From NCBI GenBank assembly GCA_008933805.1, contig WBUH01000005.1:128822-192821 (forward strand): a stretch of DNA of 64,000 bases, written 5' to 3'. The translations under genes were made by a program, and so were the position numbers. This document shows positions 29,214-37,665 of this stretch, piece by piece; the stretch's first letter is position 1, and each line of letters opens with the position of its first letter. Under the pieces are notes generated by a model. It ran no database searches. It was not told the origin of the DNA and worked only from the letters and a program-made list of their open reading frames with translations. The stretch comes from Bacteroidota bacterium. Lineage in GTDB: Bacteria; Bacteroidota; Bacteroidia; UBA8524.

Positions 29214-30884
29214 ATGAAACAAATTCTTGTCGTATTCGCCATTATCTGTTGCGGCGTCGCAAATGCACAATCCCCCAAAGCCATCAATGCCAAACTGCAA
29301 AAAGTTACTGTGTATTTGCAGGGAGCTGATTTACATTATACCGAGAACGTGAACCTGAGTGCAGGCATCAACGAGTTTGCCTTTGAGAACATATCGCCTT
29401 ACATCAATCAACCGTCGCTGCAAGCCAGTATTAAAAACGGAGTGGTGATGGATGTGAAATATGAACTTGTGTACGAAGAAGCCAAACCGAAACCGACTGC
29501 CAATAAAAAATACGACAAGGAGATTGAACAGGTGTTAGACTCTTTGGATGATTTGAGGTATGAAGAAAAGGATGCGGACAACCATTTAAAAGCCCTGACT
29601 ACTGAAAAAAATATGTTGATGAACAACCGCATCATTAAAGGTGAGCCGTTGAAAGACTCGTTGCAGTTGTTGCAACAAGGGATGGCTTTTTTGAAAGAAC
29701 GACTAAATGCCATTTATGCCGAAGAGTTGAAGTATGAAAAGATTAAGGACAAAATTGCAAAGGTGCGCAACCGACTTAACAACCGCCACAAAGCATTGCT
29801 ACTATTGCAAAGTGGTGAAGGCGCAGACAATAGCGGCGATGCCAAGCCCATACACAAAGTATTGGTAACGGTGTACGCTGAAAACCCAACCACCACACAA
29901 CTTAGTTTTAGTTATTTTGTTGATGCTGCAAACTGGGTACCCGCTTATGATTTGCAAGCCTCTTCTGTAAACGGTTCGTTAAAGCTGAACTACTTTGCCA
30001 ACGTTACACAAAATACCGGCCTTGATTGGAAAAACACTCAGCTTACCTTAAGCACCTCCACTCCTACCGAAAGCAATACCAAACCTACCCTTAGCCCTTG
30101 GTACCTTAGTTTTTACGAGTATAAAAGTTATTCACCCGCACCTTCCACAAACTCAGCAATGCCGCTTAAAAAGGAAAGTTTAGCCTTTAGACATAATAAT
30201 GCTGACGATATGACCGACCTGGAGGAAAAGGACTTGAACTCGCTGTTAGATTATATCAGCGTTACAGAAAACCTGTTGCGCGTAGAGTACGAGATAAAGC
30301 TGAACTACACATTGAACAGTGACGGAAAAACCCATAAAGTACTGATTAACGATAAGGATGTGCCGATGACCTTGCAGTTTGCCGCTGTTCCTAAAATAAG
30401 TTCTGACGCATTTTTAATGGCTCGTATCACCGGATGGGAAGAAATGAACATCATTCCGGGCAATGCCCGTTTGTATTTTGACGGTGCATTTGTAGGCCAG
30501 ATGTATTTAGACCCTTCAACCACCGAAGATACACTAAGCGTAAACTTAGGCAGGGATAAGAGTTTTGCCCTAACCCGCAAAAAGGTAAAAGAAAAACACA
30601 AAGAGAGATTTATAGGGGATGAAAAGATTGAAACCCGCACCATTGAGATTGTAGTACGGAACACTAAAAACCAAGCCATTGATGTGGAGGTAGAAGACCA
30701 GATACCCGTAGTAAGCGGCACAAACGAAATAAAAGTGGTATTGAAAGAAAGCGACGATGCAGAGTTGGACGAACCCAGCGGCAGCCTGAAATGGAAACTG
30801 AAGCTAAAAGCCAAAGAAACCAAAAAACTTAAGTTTACGTACGAAATCCATTACCCCAAAGACAAACCCATAGCGGGGCTATAA
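29214..30884 (+). CDS. DUF4139 / DUF4140 (MuiA-like) domain protein
   Basis: Signal peptide plus the conserved N-terminal block VTVYLQGADLHYTENVNLSAGINEFAFENISPY and the C-terminal DUF4139 body. The start is set at MKQILVV. Confidence 0.6.
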   Translation: MKQILVVFAIICCGVANAQSPKAINAKLQKVTVYLQGADLHYTENVNLSAGINEFAFENISPYINQPSLQASIKNGVVMDVKYELVYEEAKPKPTANKKYDKEIEQVLDSLDDLRYEEKDADNHLKALTTEKNMLMNNRIIKGEPLKDSLQLLQQGMAFLKERLNAIYAEELKYEKIKDKIAKVRNRLNNRHKALLLLQSGEGADNSGDAKPIHKVLVTVYAENPTTTQLSFSYFVDAANWVPAYDLQASSVNGSLKLNYFANVTQNTGLDWKNTQLTLSTSTPTESNTKPTLSPWYLSFYEYKSYSPAPSTNSAMPLKKESLAFRHNNADDMTDLEEKDLNSLLDYISVTENLLRVEYEIKLNYTLNSDGKTHKVLINDKDVPMTLQFAAVPKISSDAFLMARITGWEEMNIIPGNARLYFDGAFVGQMYLDPSTTEDTLSVNLGRDKSFALTRKKVKEKHKERFIGDEKIETRTIEIVVRNTKNQAIDVEVEDQIPVVSGTNEIKVVLKESDDAELDEPSGSLKWKLKLKAKETKKLKFTYEIHYPKDKPIAGL

Positions 30885-30960
30885 TAAAGAATGTTATCAC
30901 GCAAGTAAGTGTTACTGTCCCTTTTTGCCACGATAAGTTAAAACCTATCGCTTTTGTGAT

Positions 30961-31000
30961 TTCCTCCCCGCGCAGGACTTAAGTCCTGCGCGGGGAGGAA
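30961..31000. terminator. 40-nt perfect palindrome (TTCCTCCCCGCGCAGGACTT|AAGTCCTGCGCGGGGAGGAA) followed by a second hairpin and a T-run
   Basis: Read directly from the sequence. Lies between convergent genes, so it is probably a bidirectional terminator or a REP-like element. Confidence 0.6.
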
Positions 31001-31050
31001 ATTTTAATAATAGGGGTTTTCAAACCCCTGCCTTCTGAGTCGGCCCTTTT

Positions 31051-32184
31051 TTATTTTGGGTTACTGCTAAATAAATTTATGTACTCTTTAAATGCATATA
31101 ATTTACCTCGTTGTGCGCTTTTTATTTCACTCAATATTCCACGTGTTTCAAAATCACTTAGAAGTTTATACGCCGTCACATTTGATTTACCTATTATCCC
31201 CTCAATTTCCTGTACAGTGATGATAGGTTTTTTGTACAAATACTCTATCACCTTTTTTGCATCACTACCTCTGCTACCTAACTTAGCCGCTTCAGCCTCC
31301 ATGTTTTTTTGCAGTTGTAAAATAGCGTCAAACGTGGTAACCCCACTCTTAGCAGTTTCTATCACACCCGTTAAAAAAAATTTAAGCCATTGGTTTAAGT
31401 CATTGTGTGTTCTTACCCGGGTTAAATTATCGTAATACAGAATTCTATTGCGTTCAAAAAAATCCGACAAATACAAAATGGGACGTTTTAAAATCCCTTT
31501 ACCCACCAAATACAGCGTAATAAGCAATCTACCCACCCTGCCGTTACCATCCAAAAAAGGATGTATAGTCTCAAACTGATAATGTATTAACGCCACCTTC
31601 AACAAATCGGGCAACGGATTTAACTCATCATTGGCAAACTTTTCAATATCTGACATTAACTCATCTATCGAAGTATGGACAGGCGGCACAAATACAGCAT
31701 CATTTATAGTTGCTCCCCCTATCCAATTTTGGCTCTTGCGGTATTCACCGGGCATCTTGTGCTCCCCCCTAACCCCCTGCAACAATATTTTATGGGTTTG
31801 TTTAATAAGTCTTGAAGAAAATGGCAACCTGTGCAGCATATTCACAGCATCATTCATTGCCACTATATAATTCTGCACCTCTTCCCAATCGTCCCTCTTT
31901 TCAGAAGAAACTTCATCTTTACTCAAAAAAGCTTCTTCAACATTTGTTTGCGTACCCTCAATTTTTGATGATTGAGTAGCCTCTTTAGCAATGTGCATTT
32001 TAACAAACAAGTCTATATCAACGTACTCAGAGTACATATCCAGCCTGCCCAAATTTCTGTCGGCTTGACTCAGTAAAGACAGCACTTCCATATTGGGCAA
32101 CTGCCAATCTCTGTTTATAAAATTGGGCTGAAAGCTTTTGTAGTAGCCTTGACTGATTAAGCTGCCTGCTATAAAGGTATTCAT
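31051..32184 (-). CDS. Fic/DOC-family protein (putative AMPylase)
   Basis: HPFLDGNGRVGR is the canonical Fic motif HPFx[DE]GNGR. A C-terminal winged helix-turn-helix is present. Confidence 0.85.
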   Translation of the reverse strand: MNTFIAGSLISQGYYKSFQPNFINRDWQLPNMEVLSLLSQADRNLGRLDMYSEYVDIDLFVKMHIAKEATQSSKIEGTQTNVEEAFLSKDEVSSEKRDDWEEVQNYIVAMNDAVNMLHRLPFSSRLIKQTHKILLQGVRGEHKMPGEYRKSQNWIGGATINDAVFVPPVHTSIDELMSDIEKFANDELNPLPDLLKVALIHYQFETIHPFLDGNGRVGRLLITLYLVGKGILKRPILYLSDFFERNRILYYDNLTRVRTHNDLNQWLKFFLTGVIETAKSGVTTFDAILQLQKNMEAEAAKLGSRGSDAKKVIEYLYKKPIITVQEIEGIIGKSNVTAYKLLSDFETRGILSEIKSAQRGKLYAFKEYINLFSSNPK

Positions 32185-32319
32185 AATAATGTTGCCAAAT
32201 CTTAAACAACAAGTCTCTATAGTTAAGATTTTTTAATAAAGTTTAATCAAAGATATATGTTATTTAAGAAAATGTCATTAAAACTTAAATTTAATTTTTT
32301 TTAGTTAAGAGGAACTTAA

Positions 32320-32360
32320 TTTAACTAAAAAAGCAGGCTGTGAGCCTGCTTTTTTAGTTA
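32320..32360. terminator. 41-nt perfect inverted repeat with 18-bp arms TTAACTAAAAAAGCAGGC/GCCTGCTTTTTTAGTTAA and a 5-nt loop
   Basis: Read directly from the sequence. It lies downstream of the SDR gene and upstream of the Fic gene, and A/T runs on both sides make it bidirectional. Confidence 0.65.
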
Positions 32361-32379
32361 AATTATATCGTGTTGCAAC

Positions 32380-33225
32380 TTATGCAGTTTGTGAAGCCGG
32401 AGCATCCGCACCTATGGTAGTTTCTTCCCAAGCATCGTAATCCTTCTTCAACGAATCAAGCTTGGCAAGCGCTCCTTTAAATGCCCCTACTCCTAGCAGA
32501 AGATGCAAAGGCGGGTTTTCAACCTCTGTTACCTTGATAATAGCCTGCGCTGCACGAACAGGGTCACCGGGTTGGTTACCACTGTAGCCTCTTATCGTGT
32601 TTTTGTTTACCTCTGCCGTTTGTGCATAGTCATCAATCACAATCGCACTGTTTTTGGCTGAACGTCCGGCCCAATCAGTACGGAAGCCGCTCGGGGCAAT
32701 TACCGTTACTTTAATACCCAACGGTGCAGTTTCTTTTGCCAATGCCTCTGATAAGCCGTCAACCGCAAACTTAGTAGCGTTGTAGTGGCCTAACGCTGGA
32801 AATCCAACCAAACCGCCAATAGAGGCTATATTAATAATATGACCGCTACGTTGGCTGCGCATAATAGGCAACACTTCTTTAGTCATGTTAGCTAAGCCAA
32901 AGTAGTTAATCTCAAACATACGACGTACTTCATCGTCCTCGCTTTCTTCTACAGCCCCAAAGTACCCTATGCCGGCATTGTTTACCAACACATCCACACG
33001 TCCGAATTTTTGTTTCACTTGCTCCACCGCTGATTTAATTTCATCAAGCTTGGTTACATCCAACTTCACCGCCAAAGCAGTTTCAGGGTAAGCCTCAACA
33101 ATATCTTTCACATCATCCGTATTGCGTGAAGCCACTCCTACTTTATACCCTTGTTTCAGGGTAAGTTTTGCCAACTCGCGGCCAAAGCCTGTTGAGCATC
33201 CTGTTATTATCCAAACTTTGTTCAT
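32380..33225 (-). CDS. Short-chain dehydrogenase/reductase (SDR) family oxidoreductase
   Basis: TGCSTGFG cofactor-binding motif, NNAG, and the catalytic Y-x3-K (YNATK). Confidence 0.85.
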   Translation of the reverse strand: MNKVWIITGCSTGFGRELAKLTLKQGYKVGVASRNTDDVKDIVEAYPETALAVKLDVTKLDEIKSAVEQVKQKFGRVDVLVNNAGIGYFGAVEESEDDEVRRMFEINYFGLANMTKEVLPIMRSQRSGHIINIASIGGLVGFPALGHYNATKFAVDGLSEALAKETAPLGIKVTVIAPSGFRTDWAGRSAKNSAIVIDDYAQTAEVNKNTIRGYSGNQPGDPVRAAQAIIKVTEVENPPLHLLLGVGAFKGALAKLDSLKKDYDAWEETTIGADAPASQTA

Positions 33226-33282
33226 TGTTATTTCTATTTATTGTTTAAACAACGTTTATACTGCAACGGTTTTGCCAAAAAC

Positions 33283-33310
33283 AAAAAAGCAGACACAAGG
33301 CCTGCTTTTT
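33283..33310 (-). terminator. Rho-independent terminator downstream of the E2 gene
   Basis: AAAAAAGCAG-loop-CTGCTTTTTT stem. Confidence 0.5.
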
Positions 33311-33334
33311 TACTGTTATATTTTTGTTAAACGA

Positions 33335-34675
33335 TTACATCTCGCGGTTCACGTCCCATTGCTCAAGGTAATCAGCAACGCGGCGAACAAACATACCGCC
33401 CAAAGCACCATCCACTACACGGTGGTCGTAGCTGTGGCTTAGGTACATCATGTGGCGTATGGCAATTACATCGCCATACTCAGTTTCTACTACCGCAGGT
33501 TTTTTGCGGATAGCACCTGCTGCCATAATGGCTACTTGAGGCTGGTTGATAATGGGTGTCCCCATTACGTTACCAAAAGTACCAACGTTAGTCAAGGTAT
33601 AAGTACCGCCTTGTATTTCGTCAGGGGTAAGTTTATTGTTACGGGCGCGGTTAGCAAGGTCATTCACATCCTTCACCAATCCCAATAGGTTTTTAGTGTC
33701 AGCGTTTTTAATTACCGGTACTATCAAATTACCGCTGGGTAGTGCAGCTGCCATACCAATATTAATAGCCTTACGGCGAATAAGATTAGTACCGTCAACT
33801 GATATATTTATCATCGGGAAATCCTTGATGGCTTTCGCAATGGCTTCAATCAGCATTGGAGTGAAGGTCAGCTTCTCGCCGTCACGTTTTTGGAAAACAT
33901 CCTTCATTTTTTCTCTCCAACGCACCATATTGGTCACATCAGCCTCAACAAACGAAGTAACGTGCGGAGAAGTATGCTTGCTCATTACCATGTGGTCGGC
34001 AATCAGCTTACGCATACGATCCATTTCTATAATCTCATCGCCTGCGTTTAAGCTTACCGCGGGAGCAGTAATTTTAGGCTGGCTAACTTGGGCGGCAGGT
34101 TTTTCAACCACTTTCACCTCAGGTTGAGCAGCAGGAGTAGCTGCAGGAGCAACACCATTTTGACGTTGTTGAACGTATGCTAAAATATCTTTCTTAGTTA
34201 CACGGCCTTCACTACCGGTACCGGGCAAGCCTTCAAGCTCAGCCATACTGATATTTTCACTACGGGCAATGTTTAATACCAACGGCGAGTAAAAACGGGC
34301 ACCGCCTGCAACAGGGGCAACAGTTTCGCGCGCTTGTGTGATTGTATTTTGAACTGAAGCAACAGGTGTTGGTGCAGTTTCAACTGGTTTTTCAGCGGGT
34401 TGGCTGGCAGGGGCAGCAGGTTGTGCACCCGCGCCTTCAAGACCGATAATAGCAATGGGCTTGCCCACTTCTACTACATCGTTTACGTTGTATAGCTTCT
34501 TAAGTAGAACACCACCCTTAGGAGATGGTACTTCGCTATCAACTTTATCCGTTGCTATTTCAAGTACGCTTTCGTCGGCTTCAATTTTATCGCCTTCGTT
34601 CTTTAGCCAGTTAATAATAGTGGCTTCAGCAATACTCTCGCCCATTTTAGGCATTATCAGTTCAAATTCAGTCAT
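33335..34675 (-). CDS. 2-oxoacid dehydrogenase E2 component (dihydrolipoyllysine-residue acyltransferase)
   Basis: Lipoyl domain (EIATDKVDSEVPSP), an Ala/Pro-rich linker, and a catalytic domain carrying the DHRVVDGA motif. Confidence 0.85.
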   Translation of the reverse strand: MTEFELIMPKMGESIAEATIINWLKNEGDKIEADESVLEIATDKVDSEVPSPKGGVLLKKLYNVNDVVEVGKPIAIIGLEGAGAQPAAPASQPAEKPVETAPTPVASVQNTITQARETVAPVAGGARFYSPLVLNIARSENISMAELEGLPGTGSEGRVTKKDILAYVQQRQNGVAPAATPAAQPEVKVVEKPAAQVSQPKITAPAVSLNAGDEIIEMDRMRKLIADHMVMSKHTSPHVTSFVEADVTNMVRWREKMKDVFQKRDGEKLTFTPMLIEAIAKAIKDFPMINISVDGTNLIRRKAINIGMAAALPSGNLIVPVIKNADTKNLLGLVKDVNDLANRARNNKLTPDEIQGGTYTLTNVGTFGNVMGTPIINQPQVAIMAAGAIRKKPAVVETEYGDVIAIRHMMYLSHSYDHRVVDGALGGMFVRRVADYLEQWDVNREM

Positions 34676-34790
34676 AGTAAATTCTATACCCAATTACGCC
34701 GCAAAGAAACACAATCTTTGCCATTGCAACAACACAATTTAAGGCCGTATTGCCAACGCAATAAGTTCCTAAACTGCAGCAGAAAACACA

Positions 34791-36053
34791 CTATCGCATA
34801 ATCGTTTGAGCCCTGTCAGGTCCAACCGAGATGATGCCAATAGGCTTCTGAATAATTGTTTCAACGGCTTTTATGTAATCGCAGAAAGTTTGGGGTAGTT
34901 TATCGTAGTCAGTTATTTTAGTTAAGTCCTCTTGCCAGCCGGCATAAGCGGTGTAATGCGGGGTAACTTCCCCATCGTTATAGGTATGCGGCAGCTGCCT
35001 AGTAAGTTGTCCGTTCACAACATACTCAGTAGCCACGTTCACCTCGGGCAAGCCGCTTAATACGTCTGCCTTCATCATTATCAATTCATCTACACCATTC
35101 AACATGATGGCATAATTCAAAGCCACCAAATCCAACCAGCCTGTACGACGTGGACGGCCTGTAGTTGCACCGTACTCGTGGCCTTTATCTCGTAGCTCTT
35201 GTCCCAACGCATCATTCAATTCAGAAGGGAAAGGCCCGCTGCCCACACGGGTGCAGTAAGCTTTAAAAATACCGTACACCTTGTTGATGTGCTTAGGCGC
35301 AATACCCAAACCTACACAAGCACCACCACTAATAGTGTTGCTGCTGGTAACATAAGGGTAGGTACCAAAGTCAACATCCAGCATGCTGCCTTGTGCACCC
35401 TCGGCAAGTATTTTCTTGCCTTGGCTAATCAAGTCATTAATGAAATATTCACTATCCACCTGTTTAAACTGAGTAAGGTATTCTACCGCCTCAAAAAACT
35501 CAGCTTCAAGCGCATCCAAATCACACGCATAATTATAAAAATTAATCACCGCCATGTGCTTTTTCTTCACTTGCTCGTAACGACTTTTAAAGTCGCTGCT
35601 TTGCATATCACCCACACGCAATCCGTAACGTCCGTACTTATCTTGGTAAGTAGGGCTGATACCGCGCAGTGTACTGCCTATTTTCTGGTCGCCTTTAAAG
35701 CTTTCGCTGGCAGCATCCCACATACGGTGAGTGGGTAAAATCAAATGCGCCTTGCGCGATATGTATAAGCTGTCCTTTATGTTAGCTCCGGCAGCTATTG
35801 TTTTCTCAATTTCTTTACGCAACAAAATAGGGTCGATAACCACTCCGTTGCCGATAAGGTTGATACATCCCTCGTGGAACACGCCTGAAGGCAAAGTGTT
35901 CAACACGTGTTTCATCCCGTTTATTTCCAGCGAGTGCCCTGCATTTGGCCCACCCTGAAAACGAGCTACCACATCGTAGCGGGGAGTTAAAAAGTCAGCT
36001 ATTTTTCCTTTTCCTTCATCGCCCCATTGCAGGCCCAATACTACATCTACCAT
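34791..36053 (-). CDS. purA: Adenylosuccinate synthetase
   Basis: GLQWGDEGKGK P-loop and full-length similarity. The start is set at MVDVV. Confidence 0.93.
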   Translation of the reverse strand: MVDVVLGLQWGDEGKGKIADFLTPRYDVVARFQGGPNAGHSLEINGMKHVLNTLPSGVFHEGCINLIGNGVVIDPILLRKEIEKTIAAGANIKDSLYISRKAHLILPTHRMWDAASESFKGDQKIGSTLRGISPTYQDKYGRYGLRVGDMQSSDFKSRYEQVKKKHMAVINFYNYACDLDALEAEFFEAVEYLTQFKQVDSEYFINDLISQGKKILAEGAQGSMLDVDFGTYPYVTSSNTISGGACVGLGIAPKHINKVYGIFKAYCTRVGSGPFPSELNDALGQELRDKGHEYGATTGRPRRTGWLDLVALNYAIMLNGVDELIMMKADVLSGLPEVNVATEYVVNGQLTRQLPHTYNDGEVTPHYTAYAGWQEDLTKITDYDKLPQTFCDYIKAVETIIQKPIGIISVGPDRAQTIMR

Positions 36054-36072
36054 CGTATGTAATCTATCTGTT

Positions 36073-36579
36073 TTAAGCGGTTTGTTCTTCTGGTTTAAAA
36101 TTTTTGCTGCAAGCCGTGCAAGTGCCTGCATCGTCTAATTTTGGCGAACCAAACAAGTTTAGCGAGTGGCTGGTGATATCAAATTTCAGCAACTCACCCA
36201 TCATACTCTGTATTTGCTGTATACGGGGGTCGCAAAATTCAATCACATTATTACAACGGTTACAAATCAGGTGGTCGTGCTGGCGGTAACCGAAGCTACG
36301 TTCAAACTGAGCCATGTTTTTACCAAACTGGTGCTTGGTAACAAGGCCGCAATCCAGCAACAAATCAAGCGTGTTATACACCGTAGCCCTGCTAACATGG
36401 TAGTTGCGGTTCTTCATCTGTATGTATAACGACTCAACATCAAAATGCTCCTTTTTGCTGTATATCTCATCCAATATAGCATAACGTTCGGGCGTTTTGC
36501 GCTGCTTCTTTTGCTCAAGGTAATCTGTAAATATTTTACGTACTTCCTCTGGGGCAGTTTGTCGGCTCATTGTACTCAC
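36073..36579 (-). CDS. fur: Fur-family metalloregulator with a C-terminal Cys-containing extension
   Basis: Winged-helix DNA-binding N-domain and the HHDHLIC...C metal-binding site. An extra tail of about 25 aa carries C-x2-C. The gene lies 19 nt upstream of purA. Confidence 0.75.
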   Translation of the reverse strand: MSTMSRQTAPEEVRKIFTDYLEQKKQRKTPERYAILDEIYSKKEHFDVESLYIQMKNRNYHVSRATVYNTLDLLLDCGLVTKHQFGKNMAQFERSFGYRQHDHLICNRCNNVIEFCDPRIQQIQSMMGELLKFDITSHSLNLFGSPKLDDAGTCTACSKNFKPEEQTA

Positions 36580-36735
36580 CTAAAATAAAAGGCAAAGGTA
36601 TCACTTTTAAAATTTATCGGTTTGAAGATTTGAGGATTTGTGGATTAGTATTTAATTATCAATAACTTGATTTATATTTATCTGTTCATCAAACTTGAAA
36701 CATTAAACTAAAAACTCTTGACTTATTTGGCAAAC

Positions 36736-36769
36736 AATTTGATGTTTAAACATTGATTTAGTATCTTTG
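36736..36769 (+). promoter_or_regulatory. Putative Bacteroidetes sigma-A promoter (-33 TTG, -7 TATCTTTG) overlapping the operator-like 26-mer AATTTGATGTTTAAACATTGATTTAG
   Basis: TAnnTTTG lies 16 nt upstream of the ATG at 36786. The 26-mer is about 77% identical to one at 50188-50213. Confidence 0.45.
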
Positions 36770-36785
36770 AGTAAATTATATCGGG

Positions 36786-37664
36786 ATGAAACGCTCGGAC
36801 TTTATAAAAACAGTAGGACTTGTTATGGCAACCACCCCTTTGATGGGCCTGAAAGATTGGCACAAAATAACTGAGAATGCAGAACCCACCGCAAAAGCAC
36901 CGCTTTTGTTCATAGGGCATGGCAATCCAATGAATGCCTTGTATAACAATACTTTTACCCAAACCCTAACTAAACTGGGCCAAACGGTTGAAAAACCCAA
37001 AGCAATATTGGTGGTTTCTGCCCATTGGCTCACCAACGGAACATGGGTAGCCACTACTGCAAAGCCTGAAACCATCCACGATTTCGGAGGATTCCCCCAA
37101 GCCTTGTTTGATGTGCAATACCCTGCACCTGGCTCTCCAACGTTTGCTACAGAAACACAAACGCTATTAAAAGATAAAACCACAGTTCAAGCGGATACAA
37201 GTTGGGGACTTGATCATGGTGCCTGGACTGTTCTAAAACACATATACCCCAATGCCGATGTACCCGTTTTTCAATTAAGTATTGATTACTCAAAGCCTCC
37301 CCAATACCACTACGACTTAGCAAAATACTTAGCTAAACTAAGGGACAAAGGGGTAATGATTTTGGGCAGTGGCAACATTGTACACAATTTGGGCCGTATA
37401 GATTGGAACAACCCCAACACGGGCTATGACTGGACTATTGAGTTTGACGAGGCGGTAAAAAAACATATTAATGATGGTAACCACCAGCCTTTGATTGATT
37501 ACATCACCCTTACTAAAGGAGCTAATTTGGCCGTACCCACTAACGACCATTATTTGCCTTTGCTATATACATTGGCCTTGCAGGATGCAAAAGAAAAGCC
37601 CTCGCATATATACGAGGGCAATGAAATGGGTAGCATTAGTATGCGTAGTGTATTGTTTAGCTAA
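36786..37664 (+). CDS. 4,5-DOPA dioxygenase extradiol (DODA / YgiD) family protein with a Tat-like signal
   Basis: Conserved LFIGHGNPMNAL, SAHW and LDHGAW motifs of class III extradiol dioxygenases. Confidence 0.75.
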   Translation: MKRSDFIKTVGLVMATTPLMGLKDWHKITENAEPTAKAPLLFIGHGNPMNALYNNTFTQTLTKLGQTVEKPKAILVVSAHWLTNGTWVATTAKPETIHDFGGFPQALFDVQYPAPGSPTFATETQTLLKDKTTVQADTSWGLDHGAWTVLKHIYPNADVPVFQLSIDYSKPPQYHYDLAKYLAKLRDKGVMILGSGNIVHNLGRIDWNNPNTGYDWTIEFDEAVKKHINDGNHQPLIDYITLTKGANLAVPTNDHYLPLLYTLALQDAKEKPSHIYEGNEMGSISMRSVLFS

Positions 37665-37665
37665 A

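Noticed and set aside
33636-34127. 163-aa plus-strand ORF inside the E2 gene
   Set aside because: It is an antisense shadow ORF. The E2 reading frame has clear lipoyl and catalytic motifs.
35199-35738. 179-aa plus-strand ORF inside purA
   Set aside because: It is an antisense shadow ORF of an unambiguous purA.
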